Source: Chloropicon primus (Eukaryota). From it: a DNA stretch of 64,000 bases. A program made the translations under genes and the position numbers. How positions within the stretch are numbered: the stretch's first letter is position 1; each line of letters starts with the position of its first letter. The stretch spans positions 992,001-1,056,000 of the forward strand of contig CP060758.1 in assembly GCA_023205875.1 (NCBI GenBank). Direction: 5' to 3'. Positions 20,210-31,310 of the stretch are shown here, piece by piece. Under the pieces are notes generated by a model that saw only the letters and a list, made by a program, of their open reading frames with translations, had not been told where the DNA came from and ran no database searches.

Positions 20210-23200
20210 TCAAGTGCTCACCCCCGTCCAGAGCCGAAGCGTCTTGCCCGCCTGCTGCCTCACTTCTCTCTTCGAGTCGTCCAGGCACACCTGAAGTCTG
20301 CGTCGGACATCGTGAAAGTAAGGGAAAAGGATGTAGTGAGGCAGGTCCTTGAGGAGGGCCAGGCACTCGAGGGCCCTCCTCCTCAGCAAAATGTCCCTAC
20401 TCGTCGTGCTTGGCGTGCAGCAGGCCGCCACGAGGCCCTCCACAGCGGATTTGATGTGATCCTGGATGACCCTCCTCATGCTGTCGTCAGTCAGAGCAAG
20501 CTTGAGCAGCGCCAAGTTCGCGACCACTGCCCTCTTCTCCGGGAGGTCCTGCTCCAAGAGCAGAGAGATGGAATGGATCAAGTTCACCACGATGTCCTGT
20601 GCAAAGGGCTTGAGAACCGAGAAGTGAACGCTGGTCATGAGACAGGAGAAGATCTGGTGCAGCCCGATCATGACGTTAGGGTTTCCCCGCTTCTCCTCAA
20701 ATTTGGCGAAGACCTTCGTGCTCAGGGTGGAAAAGAGCTTCTGCCTCCACAGCAGCTTGGCCTTCCAGTTCCAAGTGTCGATCAGATTGTCGTACTGCGT
20801 GCATATGACGAGGGAGAAGGTCTCCCCCAGGTCAAGGCAGGTAGACATCTCCCACTCGTAGTCAGGCGAGCAGAGGATCGAGAACATCTCATCCAGGATC
20901 ATCTCCAGCTTGCTGTACTTCTTCATGGCGAGCGCCCTCGTGATCCAGGCCAGGGAATAGAATCCTACCTCCACGGCCGTTTGGTTGTCACAGGTCTTCA
21001 TGTGGTTCAGAAGGACTTCAGTGACCAGGGGGAGGACGATCTCGTCCAGTTGATTCTTTTCCAGTTTGTTGACGATTCCCGAGAGGGATATTGACAGCTC
21101 CCTCGCTACGTTTGGATCGTCCAACGTCATGATGAACTCAAGGATGGAGTGGAGAACGTCCTCCACGTTCTCCACATCTTTCGCCGACTTGAGGGGGTTC
21201 AGCACGGCGCCCACTAGCAGGTACCGCAACTCCTTGGACACTGCCGAGTCCAAGTTGAAGCGCAACAACTTGCCCTCCAGCACGATCTGCTCCTCCGACA
21301 GCAACAGGGCCACAGCCTCTCTCACGTAGCCCTTTTGCATCTCCTCCCCACAGAGCAAGGTCGCGTAACTGATGCTGTGGAGGATGTGCACGAAGAGGCC
21401 GTTCCCCGTCTCTTGCGACTCGAGCACCTTCTCGAGCAGCAAAACCAGGTTCTTCATTATTTTTGATACAGGTTTGGGGATCCCCCCCAACTTGCAGTTG
21501 CACTCGTACAGGTGGGGCATGATGCTCACGCTGACCATGCTAAGGATCGAAGTGGAGACTCTATTGCTTTTCCAGCCCATTTCCCCCTTCCAAGAGTCTA
21601 TCGCCCTCTGCGTGAGTTTCACTACGATGTCCATGGAGAGCTCTGTGCACTCCCCCGTGCACTCCTCTGCGCACTCTGCGATCACCGACAGGAACAGCAG
21701 AGCGCGGTCGCTTTCCACCTCCCCGACAAGAGCATTCAGCGTCTTGGTGATCACCTTGTCCATCACATCTTGCCTCCGGTGAGCCTCATGGAACGACGAG
21801 ATGATCTTGGCGGTATGAATAATGTGGTCCTTGGTGGTCAGACGAGAATCCGACAGAGAGAACGCGAGGAGGCCCATCATGACCTCCTCGATCAGCTCCA
21901 TGGATATCCACTCGCTCTGGAATTTGCAGACGTTGTCGAGCGCTTTAATGCATTCGCTGGTGGTTCTGTAGTTATCCTCCGCGTCCTGGCTGCCTACCGC
22001 CAGGTACGCCAGGAGCTTGCTGCACAGCTCGGGCAAGGTTTCCTTGAACACGCCGAGGCTGTCGGAAAAGACGTCGTTCTTCAGAGGCTCCAGCGCGCAG
22101 GTCATCTTGTACACAAAGTGTATCAGAAGGGTGGGCTGCGTGCTGATGTTCTCCAGGATGCTGGTGTGAGCCGAGGTCCTGTCCACGACCCCCGCGAAAA
22201 CAAAGACAGAGGAGCTGGCGATGGTCGACAGGACATCCAAGGCTCTGCAGTGCATCATGATGTGCGGCTTTGATTCGGCCTCGAGATCCTCCGTCGAGGA
22301 GCACGCCACGAGCGCCTTCTTCACGTCCTCGTCCTCGAAAGCCAAGTCCACCACCTTGAGCGAGCTGATGCTGAAGAGGTCCGCCAGCGACTTGAGAGCC
22401 TCGAGCGCCTTTGGGACTACAGCCCCCGAGGCATTGACCATGTTGAGCATGGGCTCCGATCGAAGTATTTGCCCCCTAAGGAGGTCCCAGACCTGGTCGA
22501 TGAGCGCCTCGAGCTCGGCCTTCTTGGACTCGTCCTCGTAGTCCGCCCTAAGGTCGTTGGCAAACTTCTCCAGGCACATCTGAAGCAGCTGCAGGCCGTC
22601 CACCTTGGTCTCGCTCTTGGGCGAGGGGAACCTGTCCTCCAGTAGCTGCACCACTTGGGGGAACATCTCCGGGGTCGAGGTGTACGCCCTGAAAAGCGCG
22701 AGGAGGAGGTCCGCCCGAGTCACGCTCTTCTTCATGTCCGGGGGCGGCGAGAAAGAGAGGGGAAAGTAGCAGGACAGGACGTCCGCCAGGCCCTCCACGT
22801 TCTTCTTCACCACCTCCACGAGCTCGCTCCTCCCCGACTTTGACAACTCATGCACCGCCCTCTCGATGGAGTCGAACGCCAGCAGTAGGCAACGGGGGTC
22901 CTTCTCCCCGTCCACGAAGCGAACCAGGACCTCGAGAAGGTCCTCCTCCTCCGCGTTCTCCGCCTGCGTCGCCCTGGCGCTCATTCCGAGCACGGTCGCG
23001 AGGTGGGGGTCCCGCAGCAGGAGGTCCACGAGTTCGAAGCTCAGCTGCCTGTTGGGCTGCGAGTGGGACTGCACGTCCACGTGCTCGAACAGGGACTTGG
23101 CCAGGAGCTCCACGTTCGCGGCAGTCAGGCAGGACTTGGACCCCTTGTCCTCCCCCCCCTCCAGGAGCACCTTGCACGCCAGGAGCGTCGCCCTCAGCGT

Positions 23201-23509
23201 GTGCCAGTCCTTGAGCCTCGCGCACAAGAAGGCGAGGACGTGATCCACCTCGTGCCTCGTCAGGACGGCCCTCGTCTTCCTCAACACGTCCACCAGGACC
23301 AGGGTCCCCGTCGTCCGCGCCCTCGTGCTATCTGCGTCCGTGAGGAGCGGCCCGAGCATCTCCACGAGACCCAACAAGGTCGCCTTCCCCTCCATCATCC
23401 CCCTCACCGCATCCTCGCTCACCCTCCTCCTCCTGTCCTCCTCCTCCTCCTCCCCCTGCGTCCCCCCCCCCACCAACCCCTCGATCCTCTCCCTCAGCCC
23501 CTCCTCCAT
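20210..23509 (-). CDS. MMS19: MMS19/MET18 cytosolic Fe-S assembly HEAT protein
   Basis: DGEKDPRCLL, CYFPLSFSPP, C-terminal LDDSKREVRQQA...W. Confidence 0.9.
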   Translation of the reverse strand: MEEGLRERIEGLVGGGTQGEEEEEDRRRRVSEDAVRGMMEGKATLLGLVEMLGPLLTDADSTRARTTGTLVLVDVLRKTRAVLTRHEVDHVLAFLCARLKDWHTLRATLLACKVLLEGGEDKGSKSCLTAANVELLAKSLFEHVDVQSHSQPNRQLSFELVDLLLRDPHLATVLGMSARATQAENAEEEDLLEVLVRFVDGEKDPRCLLLAFDSIERAVHELSKSGRSELVEVVKKNVEGLADVLSCYFPLSFSPPPDMKKSVTRADLLLALFRAYTSTPEMFPQVVQLLEDRFPSPKSETKVDGLQLLQMCLEKFANDLRADYEDESKKAELEALIDQVWDLLRGQILRSEPMLNMVNASGAVVPKALEALKSLADLFSISSLKVVDLAFEDEDVKKALVACSSTEDLEAESKPHIMMHCRALDVLSTIASSSVFVFAGVVDRTSAHTSILENISTQPTLLIHFVYKMTCALEPLKNDVFSDSLGVFKETLPELCSKLLAYLAVGSQDAEDNYRTTSECIKALDNVCKFQSEWISMELIEEVMMGLLAFSLSDSRLTTKDHIIHTAKIISSFHEAHRRQDVMDKVITKTLNALVGEVESDRALLFLSVIAECAEECTGECTELSMDIVVKLTQRAIDSWKGEMGWKSNRVSTSILSMVSVSIMPHLYECNCKLGGIPKPVSKIMKNLVLLLEKVLESQETGNGLFVHILHSISYATLLCGEEMQKGYVREAVALLLSEEQIVLEGKLLRFNLDSAVSKELRYLLVGAVLNPLKSAKDVENVEDVLHSILEFIMTLDDPNVARELSISLSGIVNKLEKNQLDEIVLPLVTEVLLNHMKTCDNQTAVEVGFYSLAWITRALAMKKYSKLEMILDEMFSILCSPDYEWEMSTCLDLGETFSLVICTQYDNLIDTWNWKAKLLWRQKLFSTLSTKVFAKFEEKRGNPNVMIGLHQIFSCLMTSVHFSVLKPFAQDIVVNLIHSISLLLEQDLPEKRAVVANLALLKLALTDDSMRRVIQDHIKSAVEGLVAACCTPSTTSRDILLRRRALECLALLKDLPHYILFPYFHDVRRRLQVCLDDSKREVRQQAGKTLRLWTGVST

Positions 23510-23780
23510 CAGGTCAGGTCAGATCAGATCAGGTCAGATCCAACCCCAGCCCCCGTCCCCCTCGCCCCCCTGTGGTCCTCCACACCTCGCCTCCCCTCCC
23601 CTTCGCCTCGCCCTCGCCCTTGGCCCTTGGCCTTGCCCCTTGGTGCGCTGGCCGCCGATCTCTCTCTCTCTCTGCTGGGTTTGGCGGGAGAACGAGAACG
23701 AGGAGCTTGGCGGGAAGGCAAAGACACAGCAAACGAGGCCTTGGGCCAGGACGGGGCGGAAAGGGGAGGGGCGCCACAAG

Positions 23781-23885
23781 GGATTCCATAGGATTCCATA
23801 GGATTCCATAGGATTCCATAGGATAGGATAGGATAGGATAGGATAGGATAGGATAGGATTTGTTAGATAGGATTGGATAGGATTG
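23781..23885. repeat. Microsatellite (GGATTCCATA)x4 followed by (GGATA)n
   Basis: Directly visible in the divergent intergenic region between MMS19 and the WD40 gene. Confidence 0.9.
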
Positions 23886-23893
23886 ATTGAGGA

Positions 23894-24967
23894 ATGGGGG
23901 GGGAGAAGAGGGTGGTGTGTTTGGGAGGAGGGGAGGAGGAGGAGGTGCTCTGCATAGCGACGCAGAAGAGTAAGGGGAGGAGGGAGGAGCCGGTGTTCGG
24001 AGTCACGACAGAAGGTGGGAAGTTCGTCGTGGTGGACTTGAGGGAGAGCGGTTCGGGCTGGGGGCAGCTGAGGACCTCGGTCGGTGGAGCGGAGGGGGAC
24101 CCAGCGACGAGCGCTTGCTTCGATTACAAGGACGAGAACAAGGTGTACTGCAGCGCGGGGCCGAGGGTGAGGGAGCTCGACCTGAGGAAGCTGGAGGAGA
24201 GGAGCGACCTGACGGAGGACAACGTGGTGTGCAGGGTGGGGGAGGAGGTGAACCAGGTGGTGGTGAGTCACACCGGGGAGTACTTGGCGTGCGGGGACGA
24301 CTCGGGGCAGGTGAGCGTGGTCAAAAGAGACAGAGAGAGGGGGCCCAAAGTGTTCAAGGAGCTCCGCAGAGGTGGGCACGAGAACACCATCTGCAGCTGC
24401 GTGGCCTTCCGGTCCAGGCAGCCTTGGGACGTGGTCTCCGGCGGGCTGGACTGCGCGGCGGTGCTGTGGGACTTCTCCAGGGGGAAAGTGAAGCTGAGGA
24501 TCGAGTCCAAGGGCACGGATCCGAGGTCCAACGAGACCCAGATGTTCAACCCGCCGATGATACACGCCGTGGCGGTGCCGGAGAAGAAGGACCTTGCCAA
24601 CCACATTGCCGTGGCGCGAGGTGACGCGACCGTCGCCGTCTACGACGTCGCGAAGAACGCGATAAAGAGGTCCCTGATCCTCAAGTCTCACAAGCCTGGG
24701 GTGGGTCACACCGCGTCGGTGGGACACGTCTGCTTCACGCAATTCAGCCAGGAGAACCACCTTGTGTCCGGAGGGAATGACGGGAGGGTGAACCTGTGGA
24801 GCTGGAACCTAGACCGCGCCAGCGCAAGCCAAGGGGAGGAGCTGGTCAAGTGGTCCGCCAGGCACGGCAAGAAGGTCAACTGGACCGCAACATTGGGCAC
24901 GGCGTCCGAGAACATCCTCGTGGCCGACACATCGTGCAAGATCTCCGTCTATTCCGCCCCTCCCTAA
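23894..24967 (+). CDS. WD40-repeat protein (WDR53-like)
   Basis: EEVNQV, LACGDDSGQV, GHENTICS, VSGGLDCAAVLWDF, NPPMIH, GHTASV, LVSGGNDGRVNLW. Confidence 0.8.
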   Translation: MGGEKRVVCLGGGEEEEVLCIATQKSKGRREEPVFGVTTEGGKFVVVDLRESGSGWGQLRTSVGGAEGDPATSACFDYKDENKVYCSAGPRVRELDLRKLEERSDLTEDNVVCRVGEEVNQVVVSHTGEYLACGDDSGQVSVVKRDRERGPKVFKELRRGGHENTICSCVAFRSRQPWDVVSGGLDCAAVLWDFSRGKVKLRIESKGTDPRSNETQMFNPPMIHAVAVPEKKDLANHIAVARGDATVAVYDVAKNAIKRSLILKSHKPGVGHTASVGHVCFTQFSQENHLVSGGNDGRVNLWSWNLDRASASQGEELVKWSARHGKKVNWTATLGTASENILVADTSCKISVYSAPP

Positions 24968-25101
24968 ACAATTAGTTGCTGCTGTTGTAAGGAATTTATT
25001 TTTGATACACGTTCGGCTCACCACCGCTGGTTATTTCTAGTCTGCATAGGGTGATTTGCTCTGCCCCTCCCCCTTTGATCAACCCCGGGTCTCAAGCGCC
25101 T

Positions 25102-26178
25102 TCACTGCTTTGGCTCGTGCGCCGACAGGTACGCTCGGAGCAGGTAGAGCTGCTGATCCTCGTTCCTGAACAGAGGACAGTTGTTGGCGCAGAAGTATGT
25201 GTACATAGGATCCAAGGGCGAGGCAGTGTTGTGGCAGCTGCAGATCGGAGGGACCTGAAGGCCAAGCTCTTTGAACTTCTGGTCCATCTGCTGCATGAGG
25301 GCCTCGCGATACCTTTGCCTCTCCAAGAAGGTGAATTTGCTGCTAGCTCTGTTGTTTATTTGCGTCGCGTTCATCGTCGACGATGTCCGGCTCGCCCCGT
25401 GGCTGTTCTTGAACTTTGCGAGGCTCGTCCTTGCCAGCTGGGAGGCGAGGATGTGCTCCTCGATCCTCTCTTTCAGCTTGGAGTTGTCCTGCTGCTGCTT
25501 CTTCTTCTTTGGCGTCTTCTTCACCAACGGTTTTGGAGGTGGTGGCACGGAGAGCCTCTGCTTCTCCGCAAGCCTGTACGCGATGAGCCGCTCCTCGGCC
25601 TTCTTGTTGTTCTCCTCGATCTTCTTCTTCGCTTCAGTCAGGCGCTTCTGCTCCGCAACGACGCGCTTGTGAAGCTTCTCGCGGAAGACGACCAACCGCT
25701 CTTGCTTCCTCTCCCTATCGATTTGTGCCTAGAGGAAAGATGGAAACGTGCGTGCGTGGGATGATCCGGAGAGAGAGAGGTTTCTTGTGTCAGCCAGGGC
25801 TTCCTCGAGAGGGAGGGAAGGGAAGGGTCGCGTCCTCGGCGCCGCTGGAGTTCCAAAGTTCCTACCTTTTCTGTGACCTGGAAGGCCCTCTGTTCTACAG
25901 TGATGTCAGCCGAGTGGTAGGGCTTGTGCCGCTCGACGACCACCTTTACCATGTCCAAGGGGGTGTTGAACTCGTTGTTGAGCTCCTGCACCTGCATCGT
26001 CGGTATGGCCAACGAAACCTGCTGCAAAGAAGAAAGGCGACAGGGTCAGTCCACGCGCCATCCCAATGCCAAGAGATGGGAGGAAGAAGATTCAGGGTTT
26101 GCGTTGGGAAGAAAGTCCACACGCAGCGAAAGTTTTCTGGACGTCGTCTCCAAGATCACGCACCTGCTCCTTCTTCAT
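25102..26178 (-). CDS. CCDC15-like centriolar coiled-coil protein, 3 exons (26178-26164, ~26021-25866, 25728-25102)
   Basis: GT-AG introns join the three exons in frame. The C-terminus QRYREALMQQM..VPPICSC..CANNCPLFRN resembles the CCDC15 C-terminal motif. The 5-codon first exon is less certain. Confidence 0.65.
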
Positions 26179-27051
26179 GACGGGCGAGTCGAGTAAGCAA
26201 CCAGCAGTCTCTGAAGCGTCCTTGCGCGTGTTCGTTCCAAACTACGTTCGCTTCTCTTGGTTCGATACTCCGAATCCTCTCTCCGCTGTTGGTTGTCTTC
26301 TCTTTCGTGGTCTCCCTCCTGAAAAAAAAAATAAAGGTGACGTGGTTCCGACTCTCCTCGTCCGTTCTCTTGTCGTCGTGTCGTCTACCTTGACACGGGA
26401 GGCCTCCACCACTCCATCTCTTTTGAGCAAGCAACACACACCGAGGCGAGGCTCCACTCAAGCACCCGTCCCTCTCCTCGCAAGGATTTTTTTTTTGATT
26501 TTGGCGCCAACGAAAAGAACGAACGAACGAACGAGGCGAGGAGGAAAGTGAGAGGCCATCCAAAATTTCCTCCGAGGCCAGGGACGAACGAGGAAGAGAA
26601 GAAGAGAACCAGGAAAGGACTCGGAGACGAATCCTCGGATGACAATGGCCATGGCATCTTTCGTTTTCTCTTCAATGCCTTCCATAGTCCCAAGAAGGAC
26701 CAAGGAGTTGTAGCAGTTGGAGTTGGCCTCCTCGTCCTCCTCCTCCTGGATTGGGATTGCGTTTGTAAACCAAGAAAAGATGGGTCTAGCCACGGAAACA
26801 CTACACGGTTCTTTCTTCAGAGGTATCTTTCGTCAAACCCAACCCAAACCCAACGGATGAAAGGGGTTTACGACAAAGGTGCGTTTACGACAAAGGGGTT
26901 TACGACTCTAGGACGACACACGTGATTTTTCGAGACGAGGCAGAGGTTTCAAGAGGTTTCAAGGCAAGAGTCGGGAGGGGAAGGGCGCAAAGGGACGAGA
27001 AACAAGGAGCGGGAGAGAGAGAGAGAGGAGAGAAGAAAAGGAACGGGAACC

Positions 27052-28470
27052 ATGAAGGTCGGTCAACGCGTTGCTTTGTTGTTGGTGGTCTTCGTGGCCT
27101 TCTGTGCGACGTCCGCAGTGGCGAAGCAACACGGTCACAAGAAGGGAGGTATGTTCCACAACGCCATGGACAAGGTCTCTGCCTTCACCAGCGGAGCTAT
27201 GGAGAACGTCAACAAGTTCGTCGACGAGCACAAGCCACACAGACACCACGGAGGTGACCACCCACACCACGGAGGTGACCACCCACACCACGGAGGTGAC
27301 CACCCACACCACAGACCACACCCACACCACGGAGGTGACCACCCACACCACGGAGGTGACCACCCACACCACAGACCACACCCACACCACGGAGGTGACC
27401 ACCCTCACCACAGACCACACCCACACCACGGAGGTGACCACCCTCACCACAGACCACTTGACATCGAGTCCAAGGAGATTCCAAAGTTCGTTCCAGGCAT
27501 CATCATGCCAGAGGAGGACAAGCCAGAGCGCTTGATCGACTCCAAGGAGATTCCAAAGTTCGTTCCAGGGACTTCCATCCCAATGATGAACAAGCCAGTT
27601 GACATCGAGTCCAAGGAGATTCCAAAGTTCGTTCCAGGCATCATCATGCCAGAGGAGGACAAGCCAGAGCGCTTGATCGACTCCAAGGAGATTCCAAAGT
27701 TCGTTCCAGGGACTTCCATCCCAATGATGAACAAGCCAGTTGACATCGAGTCCAAGGAGATTCCAAAGTTCGTTCCAGGCATCATCATGCCAGAGGAGGA
27801 CAAGCCAGAGCGCTTGATCGACTCCAAGGAGATTCCAAAGTTCGTTCCAGGGACTTCCATCCCAATGATGAACAAGCCAGTTGACATCGAGTCCAAGGAG
27901 ATTCCAAAGTTCGTTCCAGGCATCATCATGCCAGAGGAGGACAAGCCAGAGCGCTTGATCGACTCCAAGGAGATTCCAAAGTTCGTTCCAGGGACTTCCA
28001 TCCCAATGATGAACAAGCCAGTCGACATCGAGTCCAAGGAGATTCCAAAGTTCGTTCCAGGCATCATCATGCCAGAGGAGGACAAGCCAGAGCGCTTGAT
28101 CGACTCCAAGGAGATTCCAACGTTCAGACCAGGATTCAGAAGGCCTATCGACCCACGCGCCCCTCGCGAGGTTGGAATGACCGAGATGAAGCAGGCCGCC
28201 AAGGATGAGCCGCTAATCAACAACGTTATCTACGACCCAGAGCAGTACGGTGTCAAGCCCGCCGAGGAGGAGACTGTCCCTATGTCCGCCATGGAGGGTG
28301 CTGGGGAGGGAATGATCAACAACGTTGTCAACAACCCAGAGCAGTACGGAGTCAAGAAGGAGTCCCTGAACTTGAACATGCAGCAGAAGCTCGTCACCAA
28401 GGACATCAGTGGCCTGACCAAGCCAAAAATCATGAGAAAGGTCGGCAACTTCCACTACCACGACGAGTAA
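27052..28470 (+). CDS. Secreted repetitive protein (signal peptide, His-rich HGGDHPH repeats, 47-aa tandem repeats)
   Basis: Hydrophobic N-terminus VALLLVVFVAFCATSAVA; His-rich repeats at about 27240-27456; 141-bp unit repeated about 4.7 times at 27460-28120. Confidence 0.8.
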   Translation: MKVGQRVALLLVVFVAFCATSAVAKQHGHKKGGMFHNAMDKVSAFTSGAMENVNKFVDEHKPHRHHGGDHPHHGGDHPHHGGDHPHHRPHPHHGGDHPHHGGDHPHHRPHPHHGGDHPHHRPHPHHGGDHPHHRPLDIESKEIPKFVPGIIMPEEDKPERLIDSKEIPKFVPGTSIPMMNKPVDIESKEIPKFVPGIIMPEEDKPERLIDSKEIPKFVPGTSIPMMNKPVDIESKEIPKFVPGIIMPEEDKPERLIDSKEIPKFVPGTSIPMMNKPVDIESKEIPKFVPGIIMPEEDKPERLIDSKEIPKFVPGTSIPMMNKPVDIESKEIPKFVPGIIMPEEDKPERLIDSKEIPTFRPGFRRPIDPRAPREVGMTEMKQAAKDEPLINNVIYDPEQYGVKPAEEETVPMSAMEGAGEGMINNVVNNPEQYGVKKESLNLNMQQKLVTKDISGLTKPKIMRKVGNFHYHDE

Positions 28471-28826
28471 ACTTTTTTTAATCTAGTGCAGATTAAACCT
28501 ATCGAACGCTTGACTTGACCCCTCTCTCTCTCGCACCTGCCTTCCTCTTCACTTCACCCCCAAGAATGAATTCTTTCCCTTTCCCAACAACAAAAAAAGT
28601 CTTACTTTCGATTTCCCTTTCCCAGCTGGAGGAGGAGCAGGGCGCGAGAAGCAGGTGATCGATCGATCGATCGTTTCGAGAAAGCTTTCCTGCGGTGGGA
28701 GCGGCGCGAGAACCGCTCGAGTCGTGCTCGCTCGGAACGATAGGGCGGAGCACTCCACCAGGACAAACCGCTTGGGGCGACCGACTCGAGCGTTACAAGA
28801 CGACACGGAAGTTTAGTTATAGAGAG

Positions 28827-30587
28827 ATGCTCCGACGAAGGGGCAGGGAAACCGGGTCGACGAGCACAACCCGGGCCGAGGATGCCTGGAGGGGGACGCC
28901 ACGAGGGGCGAAGGAAGTCGAGGCGTACGGCTGGTGGAGCCTGATCCGCGTCCTTGGGATCGCGAGCGGCGTCGCTCTCGTTGGGATCAGTCTCGCCTCG
29001 ATGCTTTTGGGGCCCTTGCTAAGGCTGCTGGTCAAGTCACTGGTGCTCCTCACCGTCGTCCTCGTCGGTCTGAGGCACCATGCCGACAACGGGGGCTTGG
29101 TTTGGAGCGGGGAGCGGTTTTATGCCAGGCGGTGGGCCTTCCCTGATGGCAGGACGGCATCCGCGTTGAAGCCCGTCCTGAAACGGTTGTGTGTCGAGGC
29201 CATTGGCGAGCTCCTTCCCCACCCGGCTCTTCACCACGACTCTCACGAGGATGATTGCCTCGCAGAGTCCGTGGTCACCCTCGTCTTCGACAGAGATCGT
29301 GGTGGCGGTGCACCTGGGGCCAAGCACCCGCCCGTCGCGATGCACCTGGGATTCAAAGCCTCGTGCATGCGCATCGTCATCCACAACGCGATGGCGCTTG
29401 TGACTCGCGACTATCAAGGCACCGAAGCAATGCGCGGGCTGCACCAGCACCTCGCTATTTTGAACCTCCTCCTGACCTTTTTGACCTTGGGAACGATATC
29501 GCTGACGTTCACCGAGATCTCGTCGGGTCCCGCTCGCTGGCAGGCAGACTTTTGTCAGAGCTTGTTCCCGAACCCACGCTTTTGCAACTCGATCGAGTGT
29601 GGTGGCGGGCCTCAACCCTGGCAGCTTGACATCGCAAGATTCATGATGGAAAACCACGGGGCTGAGATGGGAACGTCGCCCGCGGCCGGCCATGAAGGAC
29701 TGCGTCTGAACGAGGAATCCTTTGTTTTGGTTGTCGACGCAGAGGGAGAGATGGTATTTCACGTGGGCCGCTTGAACCTATTTTATTCGCTGTGGAGGCT
29801 CGTCTTGATGACCTTCCCGGTCGCCAGGACGGTTTACACCGTCGTGCTGCTGCTGTGGACGGCACTGGAGCTCATGGCCTTTGCGGTGCTCGGGAGAATC
29901 GACTTGATGCAGACTTGTGCGGCCAAAACAATGGACTGGCTTGGCGTCGAGGTGCAGATAAGCGGGGAGAGCGAATCTGACCTCCACCGCACCAGGTCCT
30001 GCGGAACCCTGTGGGTCAGCAACCACTACACCCTCTTTGACTACACCGTCATGCACCTGGTCTCGCGAAGGGTGTTGAGGACCATTGTGAAGGCTGACAT
30101 CGCGGAGGAGATGCCCGTCCTCGGCCCAATCACCTCGACCTTCCTCTTCGATTACATGGGCTGCGTGCCGTATCAAAGGGGGAGCAGGGAATCGGGGGCG
30201 AGGGTGAGGGAGGCCCTGAAGAGGGCGCTCGTAGAGGACGGAACCCCTGTGCTGGTTTTCCCGGAAGGCACGGGGACGGAAAATGGACCGCCCCTCGAGT
30301 TCCGCCGAGGCTCCCTCGTCAGCGCCCACGAGCTTGGCGTGCCGGTGCAGCCCGTTTCCATCTGGTACTCGGAGGCGATAGGCTTGGCCCCGGAGTCTCC
30401 GACGCTGTCCCAGCTGAGCAAAATGGTCATGCGCCCGATGCAAGTCGTGGTGAAGCTCGGCCCTCTCCTCTCTCCGGCGACGTACCGGGACGCGGATTCG
30501 TTCGCCCAAGCGGTGGAGGACTGCGTCAGGACAAACTTCAGAGAGATCGCTGGGAGCAGAAGGGGTTGGGGCAGGCCGGGATCCTAG
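28827..30587 (+). CDS. Membrane glycerolipid acyltransferase (PlsC/LPLAT family)
   Basis: NHYTLFD (HX4D), VLVFPEGT, FRRG, VPVQPVSI; TM segments upstream. Confidence 0.85.
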   Translation: MLRRRGRETGSTSTTRAEDAWRGTPRGAKEVEAYGWWSLIRVLGIASGVALVGISLASMLLGPLLRLLVKSLVLLTVVLVGLRHHADNGGLVWSGERFYARRWAFPDGRTASALKPVLKRLCVEAIGELLPHPALHHDSHEDDCLAESVVTLVFDRDRGGGAPGAKHPPVAMHLGFKASCMRIVIHNAMALVTRDYQGTEAMRGLHQHLAILNLLLTFLTLGTISLTFTEISSGPARWQADFCQSLFPNPRFCNSIECGGGPQPWQLDIARFMMENHGAEMGTSPAAGHEGLRLNEESFVLVVDAEGEMVFHVGRLNLFYSLWRLVLMTFPVARTVYTVVLLLWTALELMAFAVLGRIDLMQTCAAKTMDWLGVEVQISGESESDLHRTRSCGTLWVSNHYTLFDYTVMHLVSRRVLRTIVKADIAEEMPVLGPITSTFLFDYMGCVPYQRGSRESGARVREALKRALVEDGTPVLVFPEGTGTENGPPLEFRRGSLVSAHELGVPVQPVSIWYSEAIGLAPESPTLSQLSKMVMRPMQVVVKLGPLLSPATYRDADSFAQAVEDCVRTNFREIAGSRRGWGRPGS

Positions 30588-30760
30588 GGGGGACCAAAGC
30601 AACCAGGAAAGCGGAGTTGAGCCCGCCCGCGTGATGTTGTTTGTAAAAGGTGAAAATTACAGAAAGAACATTAAAACGTACAAAATATAAACTTGCCAGG
30701 GATACGTAGTGCAGTCTTGAAGCAACGAGCGGGCGCGCTCACGCCCCCCACCCCGCTGCT

Positions 30761-31310
30761 TTACGCCCTGGGCAGGAACCTCTCCACTTCCACGCCCAAC
30801 TTCTTATATATTTCTACAATTTGCTTGAGGTTTCCATCGAAGTGCTTAATGAGAAGGTTGCTGTGCGTCAGGCTCTCCACCGTGGGCATGTGCTGGTTCA
30901 GAACAATTTCGTACGCCAGGTTCCTGCGTCGTTTCCGTCGAGCCGAGGGAGAAAAAGAAAGAAAGAAAGCGGAACGGAACGGAGCGGAGTGTCAGAGCAG
31001 TCCCCTTCCTCGTCAAGTAATCTTTTCCAGGCAGGCCGAGGACGCCCGCGAGGAAGCGCAAGCTCCCGGAGAGCAAGCCCCGCCGTCCCGCCCTAAACCT
31101 CCTGCTCCCCCGCGTCGCCGTCCCGTCCCTCCTAAAACTCAACACTCACCTGTTCTGCAGCAAAATACTCTGCACCGCTTCCAGAGGTTCTCTCAACTCC
31201 TTGGTCTTGACGCTCTGCAAAAGGCTTTGCATTCTGACGTCCTGGTTGAGGTGCTGGAACTGCACCGCAGGAACGTGTAGCGTGTTCACCGCGCCCACGT
31301 TCATCGCCAT
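30761..31310 (-). CDS. ELF4-like (DUF1313) protein, 107 aa, 2 exons (31310-31150, 30923-30761); not in the ORF track
   Basis: GTGAGT donor at 31149 and CAG acceptor ending 30924. The spliced product LEAVQSILLQNRNLAYEIVLNQ...SNLLIKHFDGNLKQIVEIYKKL matches the ELF4 pattern VQ..L..NR.L...N....N..LI....GN...V..Y..L. Confidence 0.75.

Noticed and set aside
23781..23885. GGATTCCATA/GGATA array as a functional element
   Set aside because: Similar pentamer microsatellites recur in other intergenic regions (about 49760, 57100), so it is treated as a simple repeat.
26385..26925. Short ORFs in the intergenic region between the CCDC15-like and secreted-protein genes
   Set aside because: No motif or clear codon bias; I cannot support any as a gene.
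27460..28120. Regular repeats resembling a CRISPR array
   Set aside because: The units are in-frame coding repeats with identical, not unique, intervening sequence, and there are no cas genes.
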